A DNA stretch of 64,000 bases, from the IMG/VR virus record IMGVR_UViG_3300042013_000103; one strand, given 5' to 3'. Shown in pieces: positions 45,045 through 53,132 of this stretch; position 1 is the first letter of the stretch, and every line of letters starts with the position of its first letter. The notes beneath the pieces are model-generated. The model made no database searches, was not told the origin of the DNA, and worked only from the letters and a program-made list of their open reading frames with translations. Source of the stretch: a virus (lineage: Duplodnaviria; Caudoviricetes). Made by a program: the position numbers and the translations under genes.

Positions 45045-45206
45045 TTATTTGGTGACAAGCATTTCTTGGCCCGAGGGCCCGATGCGGTGACCGAGGATCA
45101 CCTCGGCTTTTACTGCAGTAACGGTAGGGGCTTTAGAAGCCATGACGTTGTTCATGATGCCACCACCGGCGATTAATGCCAGGGTAAAAATGAGTGCCTT
45201 TTTCAT
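45045..45206 (-). CDS. Small signal-peptide protein (53 aa)
   Basis: Manual translation MKKALIFTLALIAGGGIMNNVMA-SKAP...; AAGGA SD; below the track cut-off. Confidence 0.5.
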   Translation of the reverse strand: MKKALIFTLALIAGGGIMNNVMASKAPTVTAVKAEVILGHRIGPSGQEMLVTK

Positions 45207-45264
45207 GGGAGTGTTCCTTGAGTAAGTTGATAAGTAATAAAAGAAAATCCAACAGAAAAGAAAA

Positions 45265-45286
45265 CCTCACCCCCGAAGGGATGAGG
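45265..45286 (-). terminator. Intrinsic terminator with UUCG loop
   Basis: CCTCATCCC-TTCG-GGGGTGAGG followed by TTTTCTTTTC. Confidence 0.75.
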
Positions 45287-45294
45287 GCGGGACG

Positions 45295-45708
45295 TTACGC
45301 GGCGGTGACCGAATCCACCAGGTCTTCGATGTGCATATCGCACAGTTTGTTGAACTCTTCCCGTCGGGATTCCGGTAGGCTCCGGGCGATGCGGTCCATC
45401 ATACCACCGGCATCAGAGTAGAGCTTGGTACGCAGCGACGTCCGCTCGGTCAGACGGAACATATCCGCTGCCACCGTCGGGTTCTTGCGAATGCCCATGA
45501 ACTCCGGGGAGACCACGTGCAGCGTTTTCGAAGCAGCCACCAGGGACTTGACCGCGTTCAGTTCTTTCCAGAACGGACCGTTAGGCTCTTCTTGGTCGCC
45601 CAACATCCAATGGGCCAAACCGCCCCCGATGCCCAGACCGATGTAGGCACACGACACAGAAACAACAGCAGTAACGATGGAGCCACCAACGAGTTTGAGC
45701 AAGTTCAT
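45295..45708 (-). CDS. N-anchored membrane protein
   Basis: Hydrophobic first ~35 aa. Confidence 0.55.
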   Translation of the reverse strand: MNLLKLVGGSIVTAVVSVSCAYIGLGIGGGLAHWMLGDQEEPNGPFWKELNAVKSLVAASKTLHVVSPEFMGIRKNPTVAADMFRLTERTSLRTKLYSDAGGMMDRIARSLPESRREEFNKLCDMHIEDLVDSVTAA

Positions 45709-45737
45709 TTGAAGTATCCCTATTGAGTGCGATGTGA

Positions 45738-46130
45738 TTAAACAGCTGCGGCTACGTCTTGAACGACCGGTGTTTCTTCCGTGCCGGTTTCAGCAGTAGC
45801 TTTGGTAAGGGCAGCCGACAGGAAAGTGTAGGCTTTCATGGATTCGGCCCAATCCGCTTTGTAGCGCTCGGCTACTTTACTGTCGGTGATGGTGGCCAGG
45901 ATATCGACCAAGCGCAGTTCAGCGCCTTTCTGGAACAGGGTTTCACGTTGTTCGTCGGTGTAGCCCGGCAGGCAATCCACCGACTTCCACAGGTTGTAGA
46001 CTTCCATGGTGGCGGAATGTCCGCTGTGGTCGGTTCTGGTGAACACACCCATGGCGCGGAACATCAGGATGCCGCCGAAACCAATGACAGCAGCGACAGC
46101 AATACGGGCACCGATGTTGTACTTGGACAT
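45738..46130 (-). CDS. N-anchored membrane protein
   Basis: Start refined to MSKY; TM followed by RAMGVF. Confidence 0.55.
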   Translation of the reverse strand: MSKYNIGARIAVAAVIGFGGILMFRAMGVFTRTDHSGHSATMEVYNLWKSVDCLPGYTDEQRETLFQKGAELRLVDILATITDSKVAERYKADWAESMKAYTFLSAALTKATAETGTEETPVVQDVAAAV

Positions 46131-46164
46131 TAGAGAGTTCCTTTTGAGTAAATGACTTGTTGGG

Positions 46165-46476
46165 TTACAGACGGATTGGGTCTTTGAAGACCCGGATGGT
46201 GGTACTGAGGCCACCGCTATCTTTTTCGAAGGTGAACGTGACGGCGCCCCAAGCCGAAGCTAAGGCGATTTGTCGGATGGTGCGTTGAATGGGTTCGGCC
46301 ATATGGCCTTGGGCGTGAAACACCCAGAACTGGTTGTCATGGGTCGCGGTGTTGACGTTGGACTTTACCCAAGATGGGTTGATCATGCAATGGTTGAAGT
46401 TGGTGACGAAGCCTTCCACACACGTGGGGACTTGTTCCCCCAGCGCGGTGTCGCAGTGCAGCATGTTGAGTTCCAT
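46165..46476 (-). CDS. Hypothetical protein
   Basis: 103-aa ORF in the same operon. Confidence 0.5.
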   Translation of the reverse strand: MELNMLHCDTALGEQVPTCVEGFVTNFNHCMINPSWVKSNVNTATHDNQFWVFHAQGHMAEPIQRTIRQIALASAWGAVTFTFEKDSGGLSTTIRVFKDPIRL

Positions 46477-46484
46477 GGAATAAC

Positions 46485-46781
46485 CTAAGCTGGAAAGGAG
46501 TAAGAGTGGAGTAAGTTGTCGAAGTGTTTGGCAAATGCCACCTGACGGCGCTGTGTGCTGATACGAGCAACGATCAGCGTGTAGATGGTCATGGCTTGGG
46601 CGTGGTAAGCGGAGATCCGCTCAACGCGGCTCAGGGAGGTTTCTTTAGCAATGGCATTGTAGAGGTGATCGACACGAAGGGTCGCCTCTGATTCCAGAAG
46701 ACGATCACCCGTGGTGAAGAACCAAGCGAGCAGCAACTCACACAGGTAATCTACAGCTTGGGCCAAGAATGGAATGATCAT
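46485..46781 (-). CDS. Hypothetical helical protein
   Basis: AAGGA SD; possible paralog of 47128-47460. Confidence 0.5.
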   Translation of the reverse strand: MIIPFLAQAVDYLCELLLAWFFTTGDRLLESEATLRVDHLYNAIAKETSLSRVERISAYHAQAMTIYTLIVARISTQRRQVAFAKHFDNLLHSYSFPA

Positions 46782-46793
46782 CGTCTGGATTCC

Positions 46794-47135
46794 TTATCGA
46801 ACTAAATCGGGTTTATATTCAAACATCAGGTCAAACAGCAGGTGCCGGTAAGCCAGCAGTTCTTCGGGGGTGGTGCAGCAGCCAACATTGGCCAGGTATT
46901 CTTCTTCTACCGCTACGGCCATCAGGTCCGTCCACAGCACACTGGCAGCGGCATAGCTGTCAGTTTCTTCTAAGCAGTGGTCTTCGATGGCTTGCATGAT
47001 GTGGGTGAATTGACGTGCACGGAAATCCATGCGGTCTTTGGGAGTAACCCGAAACGCTTGAGCGATCGCCCGGCCGGTATAGCCAAGCAATAGACCGCCG
47101 ATAAACAACAGGGCAAAGCCGAGGTTCTTAGACAT
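46794..47135 (-). CDS. N-anchored membrane protein
   Basis: Start refined to MSKN (GAGG SD). Confidence 0.55.
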   Translation of the reverse strand: MSKNLGFALLFIGGLLLGYTGRAIAQAFRVTPKDRMDFRARQFTHIMQAIEDHCLEETDSYAAASVLWTDLMAVAVEEEYLANVGCCTTPEELLAYRHLLFDLMFEYKPDLVR

Positions 47136-47460
47136 GGACCACCTCGTCGGGGGTTTGTAAACCAAACAGGTTGTCCAAGTAATCGGAGAACGCTTGGCTT
47201 TTAGCACGCTGCAGTTCAGCGAGCTCAGCCAACTCCTTCATGGCCAGTTCGTGTGCTGCGGCATCTGCCACAATGCGGGCCTCAGTGGCCGCCATGTTGG
47301 CTTTGTGTTGGACGTAGCACCGTGCGGTTTCGGCACGGGCATTCGCAATGGTCACCTCCGCTTCTTCCAGAGCCAACCCCGTGAGGATTTTCTGGGCGAA
47401 GTAACCTTTGATCGAAGTGATCAGTTCAATCAGGCTGGTGATGAAGTTGATAATGAACAT
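47128..47460 (-). CDS. Hypothetical coiled-coil protein
   Basis: AAGGA SD; first gene after the promoter at 47504. Confidence 0.55.
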   Translation of the reverse strand: MFIINFITSLIELITSIKGYFAQKILTGLALEEAEVTIANARAETARCYVQHKANMAATEARIVADAAAHELAMKELAELAELQRAKSQAFSDYLDNLFGLQTPDEVVHV

Positions 47461-47503
47461 GGCAAGTTTCCTTTTGGTTTAATTTGGTTGTATTAGCACG
47501 ATT

Positions 47504-47522
47504 GTAATATAGTCGTTTAATT
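47504..47522 (-). promoter_or_regulatory. Early promoter (TATATTAC)
   Basis: Minus strand AATTAAACGACTATATTAC. Confidence 0.65.
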
Positions 47523-47577
47523 GACTGCATTACAATCCAGCCAACCCCCTCCTTTTTAGGGGAGGGGTATTATGCCG

Positions 47578-47814
47578 TTACGGCGCGTATTCCGTTTCTT
47601 TGAGGGTCTGGTACCCCAAGGCAGTCAGTTCGTCTTTGATCGCGATGAACTGAAACCAGCACGTGGGGTAGTAGGTGAAGTGCATGTCCCCGCCAATGGG
47701 CGCAGTGTACTCGCACTTCCTGGCCACCGCTACACGATGGGCTTCCGCGTACCCACAAGAAGCGGCTTTTTCATACAGCGGGGTTACGGAAAGGATTTTT
47801 ACATCAGCATCCAT
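47578..47814 (-). CDS. Hypothetical protein
   Basis: Start refined to MDAD (AAGGA SD). Confidence 0.5.
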   Translation of the reverse strand: MDADVKILSVTPLYEKAASCGYAEAHRVAVARKCEYTAPIGGDMHFTYYPTCWFQFIAIKDELTALGYQTLKETEYAP

Positions 47815-47846
47815 TGGAGAGGTCCTTTTGGTTACGGGGTTACGAG

Positions 47847-48155
47847 TTATGCCGCGGGTTGCCATTCATTGACAGCGGCTTCGCAGAGGATTTCGAGGTT
47901 CAGCAGGTGCGTGTTATATTCCTTTTCCCGCAGCAGCGTCAGCATGGCCCGACGGTGTGGACGCAGGGCGGCCAACAGATCAGCCGTGGTCGGTTTACTG
48001 GTGGTGTAGAGTCCCAACGTGGTCTTCACGTCTTTCTCTGCTGCTTCATTGGCAGTGCGGACACGCCGTGCACGCAACCAGCTTTCGCAACCCACTTGAA
48101 CCACGGACAAAGAAACGAGGCCAACAACAGCACAGATCAACTTAGCAGCAGACAT
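47847..48155 (-). CDS. N-anchored membrane protein
   Basis: Hydrophobic N-terminus followed by basic residues. Confidence 0.55.
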   Translation of the reverse strand: MSAAKLICAVVGLVSLSVVQVGCESWLRARRVRTANEAAEKDVKTTLGLYTTSKPTTADLLAALRPHRRAMLTLLREKEYNTHLLNLEILCEAAVNEWQPAA

Positions 48156-48165
48156 GGAGATCCCC

Positions 48166-48411
48166 TTAAGGAACGATGCGGTAAATGGAGTTCAGGGTTT
48201 CGACGTAACCTTCTTCGATGTTGACGTTAACCAACAAGGACGTACGGGTCATGCCACCGGGTTGCAGGTCCTCGATCGGACCGGTCATGGCGATGCCTGT
48301 TGCAACGAACTTACCTTCACAACTGGCCACTCGATCAGGCCAGATTGACAGCGCCGGTACCAGCTGCAGGTCCCGGATGTGGTAAACCGGTTTGGTTTTT
48401 TTATCACTCAC
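48166..48411 (-). CDS. Hypothetical small beta-barrel-like protein
   Basis: AGGA SD; C-terminal TLNSIYRIV. Confidence 0.5.
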   Translation of the reverse strand: MSDKKTKPVYHIRDLQLVPALSIWPDRVASCEGKFVATGIAMTGPIEDLQPGGMTRTSLLVNVNIEEGYVETLNSIYRIVP

Positions 48412-48451
48412 GACGCAATTCCTATTGATTAATGGTTGTATTATCTCTGCT

Positions 48452-48472
48452 GTAATATAGTCATTTAAAGCG
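48452..48472 (-). promoter_or_regulatory. Early promoter (TATATTAC)
   Basis: Minus strand CGCTTTAAATGACTATATTAC. Confidence 0.7.
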
Positions 48473-48484
48473 TTTCAATACAAC

Positions 48485-48868
48485 TCAGTGTTCTTTGGGT
48501 TCCTCAGGTTCCGACGCCCACCAATGCGTGAGGGTCGAGTCCACGTCCAAATCCTCTCCCGCTGAGACCGACCAGCGGTTCATCTCAGTCACCCGTTGGC
48601 TCAGTGGGGTATTGCCTTCCACGCAGTAGCCCACGACTTCCCCTTCGATGTACGACCCGTCATGCCCCAACATCTCCAACAGGAAATCATGGGGGTGTGG
48701 CTGGTCATTAAAATGCGTCACGATGTCATCGTATTCGGCTTGGGTGAGTTCTTCGCCGGTTTCCGGGGCACCCAGTTCGCGGGTGATGGTCAGGTTGCGT
48801 GGACCGTTGGTGTAGAGTGGCACGTCGGCGCCACCGGTGTGGACAAAGGTAAAGAGGAAATGTTTCAT
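48485..48868 (-). CDS. Hypothetical acidic protein, tandem paralog A
   Basis: Aligns end to end with 48884-49267. Confidence 0.65.
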   Translation of the reverse strand: MKHFLFTFVHTGGADVPLYTNGPRNLTITRELGAPETGEELTQAEYDDIVTHFNDQPHPHDFLLEMLGHDGSYIEGEVVGYCVEGNTPLSQRVTEMNRWSVSAGEDLDVDSTLTHWWASEPEEPKEH

Positions 48869-48883
48869 GGAGCATACTCCAAT

Positions 48884-49267
48884 TTAAGGGTTGGTCGAGA
48901 TCACCTCGGCCGTCCAGGTGTGGGACAGGAACGTATCTGAGTCATCCAACTCACTGCATTCAATCTTCCACCGGTGGTGTTCGGTGACTTCCAGGGTTAG
49001 GAAAGTGTTGCCTTCGACGCTGTACCCAACCAGCTCCCCTTCAAGGTGTTGGCCGGTCCCTAGGAGATCGATTAAGAACTCGTGGGGATGGGCGTTGTCG
49101 CGTAGGTGCTCAACCACTTCTAAGTACTGCGGTTCAGTCAACAACTCCCCGAGGTCTTCGTGGTAATCGTGAACGTTCTTACAACGCAGCTCTCGGCTGT
49201 TGGCCACGAACAACGGCACGCCAGACCCATCGCTTTTTACAAATGCAAACAGCCAGAATTTACCCAT
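48884..49267 (-). CDS. Hypothetical acidic protein, tandem paralog B
   Basis: Shared HPH(D/E)FL, EGE(V/L)VGY.VEGNT and RW motifs. Confidence 0.65.
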   Translation of the reverse strand: MGKFWLFAFVKSDGSGVPLFVANSRELRCKNVHDYHEDLGELLTEPQYLEVVEHLRDNAHPHEFLIDLLGTGQHLEGELVGYSVEGNTFLTLEVTEHHRWKIECSELDDSDTFLSHTWTAEVISTNP

Positions 49268-49347
49268 AGTAGCCTCTTAATATCACGGTTGCGGAATAAC
49301 ACGGCATAAAGCCCCTCTGCATTTCGGCAAAGGGGGCTTATGACGAA

Positions 49348-49821
49348 TCACTCGACAGCAATCATCCATGGCGGGTACACGCAGACAACTTGGTTTGGAA
49401 TGTGCTTGGACATTTCTTCGATCATTTCTTGAACGATGTCAAAACTCAACTTCCCGTTCCCGCAGCCCAAAGGCGGCATCACGATTTTCCATTTCGGGTC
49501 GATTCCACCTTCTTCGCCAATGTTGGTTGCCATCCAGTGCAGGCCGGCAGCCACATAGTCGTACGTGGAGTTATTGCGCCACTGCTCTTTCGTCGGGAAC
49601 ATCAGGTAGTGTTTACCGTCATCCCCTTTGTAGAGCGCGCAATTCCCGATCGTGATGATGCGGTACTTACAGTCGTGTTTGTACTTTGCCATCAGGTCTG
49701 GGTGACGTTCGGCAAACGCTTTCGCTACACCCGCCCCCATAACACCTTGGGTGTTAACTGTAACAACGTAAAGATCTCCAGGTTCCTTGAAGATGTCTTT
49801 ACCGATAATGAAATCAGCCAT
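49348..49821 (-). CDS. Macrodomain ADP-ribosylhydrolase (DarG-like)
   Basis: GKDIF, VVTVNTQGVMGAGVAKAF, MFPTKEQW, MPPLGCGNGKL. Confidence 0.88.
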   Translation of the reverse strand: MADFIIGKDIFKEPGDLYVVTVNTQGVMGAGVAKAFAERHPDLMAKYKHDCKYRIITIGNCALYKGDDGKHYLMFPTKEQWRNNSTYDYVAAGLHWMATNIGEEGGIDPKWKIVMPPLGCGNGKLSFDIVQEMIEEMSKHIPNQVVCVYPPWMIAVE

Positions 49822-49892
49822 ATAGATGGCTCCTTAAAATTGGTTAGTCCTAAAAGAGGCACCCGGTGAGAGGTGCCTCATTAGATTGTTCA

Positions 49893-50051
49893 CTAACCGC
49901 GTTTGATATTGCGGAGCAGAACGATTAGGCCCAGTCCCCCGGCAATCAACGTAATAGCCTGCGTTGCGTACCTGAGTACATTAGTGTTGTGCACAGTCTG
50001 CTGGTTCTTTGCTGCGTTTTCTTCACGGGTTTGATTGACATCGTAAAACAT
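49893..50051 (-). CDS. Small C-anchored membrane protein (52 aa)
   Basis: Manual translation ending AITLIAGGLGLIVLLRNIKRG; AAGGA SD. Confidence 0.5.
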   Translation of the reverse strand: MFYDVNQTREENAAKNQQTVHNTNVLRYATQAITLIAGGLGLIVLLRNIKRG

Positions 50052-50060
50052 AGTCGGTCC

Positions 50061-50477
50061 TTAATTAAAGCCGATGTATTTGTCTGAAGTGGGGCAGTAC
50101 AGGTAGAACGGGGAAGGCTTTCGGATCAAGTCCTCCAACAGTCGCTTCCGATCGTGCCAGGTTTGTTGCAACAAGGCAGTATGGGTCAAAACCATCATCC
50201 CCGAGTTCATAACCGCGTAGGGGAAGTTGTCCATTTCGGCCGTGCGGGTCACCAGCGCCGAGAGTTTGTCGCTTTCGTACAGGTAGGGGTCCTGACCCTT
50301 GACGAAGAAGCTCGCTTTGGTCAACGCCACCAGCATGTCGGCGAAGTGTTCCTCGTTGCTTTTGGGGGTAACCCCTAACCAACGCAGGAAGGCCGCGTAA
50401 CCCCGACGGAGAAGCTCTACAACGCTCCAGGCGCCGAGAAGCCCAACTACAATGAACAGAGCCATTACTAAAGGCAT
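50061..50477 (-). CDS. N-anchored membrane protein
   Basis: MPLVMALFIVVGLLGAWSVV; GGAGG SD. Confidence 0.55.
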   Translation of the reverse strand: MPLVMALFIVVGLLGAWSVVELLRRGYAAFLRWLGVTPKSNEEHFADMLVALTKASFFVKGQDPYLYESDKLSALVTRTAEMDNFPYAVMNSGMMVLTHTALLQQTWHDRKRLLEDLIRKPSPFYLYCPTSDKYIGFN

Positions 50478-50486
50478 TAAACCCTC

Positions 50487-50657
50487 CTAGAAGCCGCGTA
50501 GGACGGCGGTGACAACCAGAGCAATCCCGAAGAACCACACCACCGATCGTACCGACAGGTAGTCTTGTTGTTGGGGCTTGGTTGGGCCTGAGTCTTGCGC
50601 TTTAAACGTGCCGTCAAACATGGACGACGCAGGACGATAAGGTTTGCGTGAAGTCAT
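50487..50657 (-). CDS. Small C-anchored membrane protein (56 aa)
   Basis: Manual translation ending VVWFFGIALVVTAVLRGF; AGGA SD. Confidence 0.5.
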   Translation of the reverse strand: MTSRKPYRPASSMFDGTFKAQDSGPTKPQQQDYLSVRSVVWFFGIALVVTAVLRGF

Positions 50658-50680
50658 TGGAATGTCCTATTGAGGGTATA

Positions 50681-50702
50681 AAACTTCCCCGAAGGGAAGT
50701 TT
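50681..50702 (-). terminator. UUCG-loop hairpin terminator
   Basis: AAACTTCCC-TTCG-GGGAAGTTT followed by TATA. Confidence 0.65.
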
Positions 50703-50749
50703 AAGGGCTTAGGGCAAATAGCTTACATCAAGGTTAATTATGCACCTGT

Positions 50750-50770
50750 GTAATATAGTCATTTAAATCG
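50750..50770 (-). promoter_or_regulatory. Early promoter (TATATTAC)
   Basis: Minus strand CGATTTAAATGACTATATTAC, nearly identical to the 48452 site. Confidence 0.7.
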
Positions 50771-51137
50771 TTGTAATGCAAGACAGCACAAATGCCTCCA
50801 CATCGCCTTGGGCGTTGTTAACGACTTGGATCGATTGGATCTGACTGGGCACTTGGGTCAACCCTAAGCGCAAGCTGTTGTACAGCATCCTGAAGTACGA
50901 GATGGAGTACGTGGGGTGGCAAGGGTAGGACACCAAGCGCATGTTCAAATGTTCGGCAAACAAGTTCCACACGATGTTGTCGCGCGATAACTGGAAGTTG
51001 TGCCAGTGGCGAACGTAGTCGGCGGCTAACCCAAACAGGTCAGCGAGTACGGCCGTATTCACGTCCATGGTGCCTTCCAGGCCACCGATGTAATTATACG
51101 ACCAGACGATGTCGACTGGTATTAAGACTCTGGTCAT
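50763..51137 (-). CDS. Hypothetical protein
   Basis: Last gene of the structural operon; start uncertain. Confidence 0.45.
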   Translation of the reverse strand: MTRVLIPVDIVWSYNYIGGLEGTMDVNTAVLADLFGLAADYVRHWHNFQLSRDNIVWNLFAEHLNMRLVSYPCHPTYSISYFRMLYNSLRLGLTQVPSQIQSIQVVNNAQGDVEAFVLSCITTI

Positions 51138-51165
51138 ATGGCCATCCGGGTATAAAGCCCACCCC

Positions 51166-52545
51166 CTAAGGGGCGGGATTGGCAATTTCATTCACGACGT
51201 GACGGTTGATGAACACACCGAGGCGCACCTTGGAAGCCCAACGGTTCGCAGTTGCTCCAGGATTAGCTGCAAAACGCCATTCTTCTACACCTAATAAGAC
51301 ACCGTAGTAAGTTTCCACCGAATCGTTGCTCACCGTCTGGTATTTGACCGGCATTCCGGGGTACAACAGGTTGCTATCCCCATGGGTCCATTCGATGGTC
51401 AACATCTGGCCTTTCTTACGGGCCAGGTCGGAATACTCCTTGAACGGGTTGGACGTGGCCCGCTTTTCACCCCAGCGGAAGTTGTTCACCCCCGACGCCA
51501 GTTTCTCCGTGACAAACTCCGCCACGTTGGTGGCTCGGTCGATCAGCATCTTGCCGTCTTTCACCAACCCGAAGTCCGTGAGAATCCGGTTAGAGTCCAA
51601 GAACCGGGTGGCGTTGCCTTTGGTGAGCGAGTCCCCGAGGCTAGGGTCATTCAGCGAAGCCGACCCCGTGCACAACACGGTCACGTTCATGGCGTCGACT
51701 TTGTAGGTCTTTTCACCGCCCCCATAGCGATCGTTGGGGACGTTGATCACCGATAGCGTCCGGGCATTCTTCCGGTAACGTTCCGTGTCATACAGCGGGT
51801 AGATGTAGAGGATCTGGTCTTGGATGTAGCGTCCACACCCGGTGGCGTACAACCCACCGCCTTTCTCGTGCACCAAAAACGGAATGTCCTTGAACGGCGT
51901 CCCGTGGGGAATGGGCATCTGGAGTTTCACCGTTTGGTTAAACCCGGGTACGATGTCCAGCCCCAAGATCCGGGCCGAGTTCTTCGTCCCCATGGCGCCG
52001 ATGAGCTTGGTGAGTTCCGCGACCACGATGTCCATGCCCGTCATCTGCCGGTAGTTGTCCCCACCTTGGATCATCATTGCCCGGTACACGCATTCGTCAA
52101 TGAGCTGAATGGTCACGTACGTCAGCCCCGAGGCCTGGTCCATGGCTTCACGGGTTTGCATTTGGGAGTGCTTGCCCGCAATGGTGGCGTCATCGATGTT
52201 ACCCAAGATGGCCCGGTAACGCCGGGTGAAGCTGGGCAGGTCCGGCACGGGAATGGCGGTGCCGGGTTGCAGGTACGTTTCCGTCATGTCCAGCTGCAGG
52301 TTGTCTCGGTTGGCCAACAGGTCGAACACGTACGTACCACGGGTGACGGAGATTTCAACAAAACGCATGTCTCCGTACTGGGAATCCGCGTACTGCCGCA
52401 ACACGTTGGTCTGTTCAATCCGAATGGGCTTGATCCACGTTTTCCCCGCCAGGATGTTCACGTCCAGTTGGATGGTAGCGTCACCTTTGCCGTTATTGAC
52501 AATCTCGGTCACTTCTTTCATTAACAGCGTATTGTCAACCGACAT
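51166..52545 (-). CDS. Virion structural protein (phiKZ gp101 position; possible baseplate hub)
   Basis: GGAGG SD; GGGLYATGCGRYIQ, IYPLYD, WTHGDSNLLYPGMPV motifs; the hub call is inference. Confidence 0.65.
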   Translation of the reverse strand: MSVDNTLLMKEVTEIVNNGKGDATIQLDVNILAGKTWIKPIRIEQTNVLRQYADSQYGDMRFVEISVTRGTYVFDLLANRDNLQLDMTETYLQPGTAIPVPDLPSFTRRYRAILGNIDDATIAGKHSQMQTREAMDQASGLTYVTIQLIDECVYRAMMIQGGDNYRQMTGMDIVVAELTKLIGAMGTKNSARILGLDIVPGFNQTVKLQMPIPHGTPFKDIPFLVHEKGGGLYATGCGRYIQDQILYIYPLYDTERYRKNARTLSVINVPNDRYGGGEKTYKVDAMNVTVLCTGSASLNDPSLGDSLTKGNATRFLDSNRILTDFGLVKDGKMLIDRATNVAEFVTEKLASGVNNFRWGEKRATSNPFKEYSDLARKKGQMLTIEWTHGDSNLLYPGMPVKYQTVSNDSVETYYGVLLGVEEWRFAANPGATANRWASKVRLGVFINRHVVNEIANPAP

Positions 52546-52547
52546 GG

Positions 52548-53132
52548 TCAGTCCTCCAGGACGTATTTCTCGATCTTGTCCACGATGGACTCGTAGGGTT
52601 TCAATACCCCTCGAGCATCCAGCGCACGATCGGCGATCCATTTGTTAGTGGCGCCCAAGTTCCGGCGACGGTTCATTCCCAGCAAGCGGTCCATCAGGGC
52701 AGAACGGTCATCCGCCATGGGCATGATCGCTTTCACCGTGGAGTAGACCTCCACCGCCAAACACTCCAACAACCGGAAGTCATCCAGGGGAGGGAATTGC
52801 CGCGGGTCGGTACCGTAGTAGGTTTGTTCCAGCCAGTCTTGGAAGTGTTTTTGGATATCGTGGTACATTTGCAGTGAATCGCCGTGCTTCACCAGACTAA
52901 ACGGGTGACCTTCCGCATACAGGATGGCCAAGCCCGCTACAGTCTGCCACACGCGCTCCATGGGGTTTACCCGTGCACGGTCCAGGGTGCGGTCGCCCGA
53001 CACCCCCACGCCGTTCTGAGCCACGTACTTGGCCGAGACCATCGCCAGCTCCGGCAGGTACACTTCGTAACGGAAGTTCCACAACCGGAAGGCTGCGGAC
53101 TTCGTCAGGTTAGGACTAAATTCCTTTGACAT
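52548..53132 (-). CDS. Conserved virion structural protein (gp100 position)
   Basis: Synteny; 194 aa. Confidence 0.6.
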   Translation of the reverse strand: MSKEFSPNLTKSAAFRLWNFRYEVYLPELAMVSAKYVAQNGVGVSGDRTLDRARVNPMERVWQTVAGLAILYAEGHPFSLVKHGDSLQMYHDIQKHFQDWLEQTYYGTDPRQFPPLDDFRLLECLAVEVYSTVKAIMPMADDRSALMDRLLGMNRRRNLGATNKWIADRALDARGVLKPYESIVDKIEKYVLED

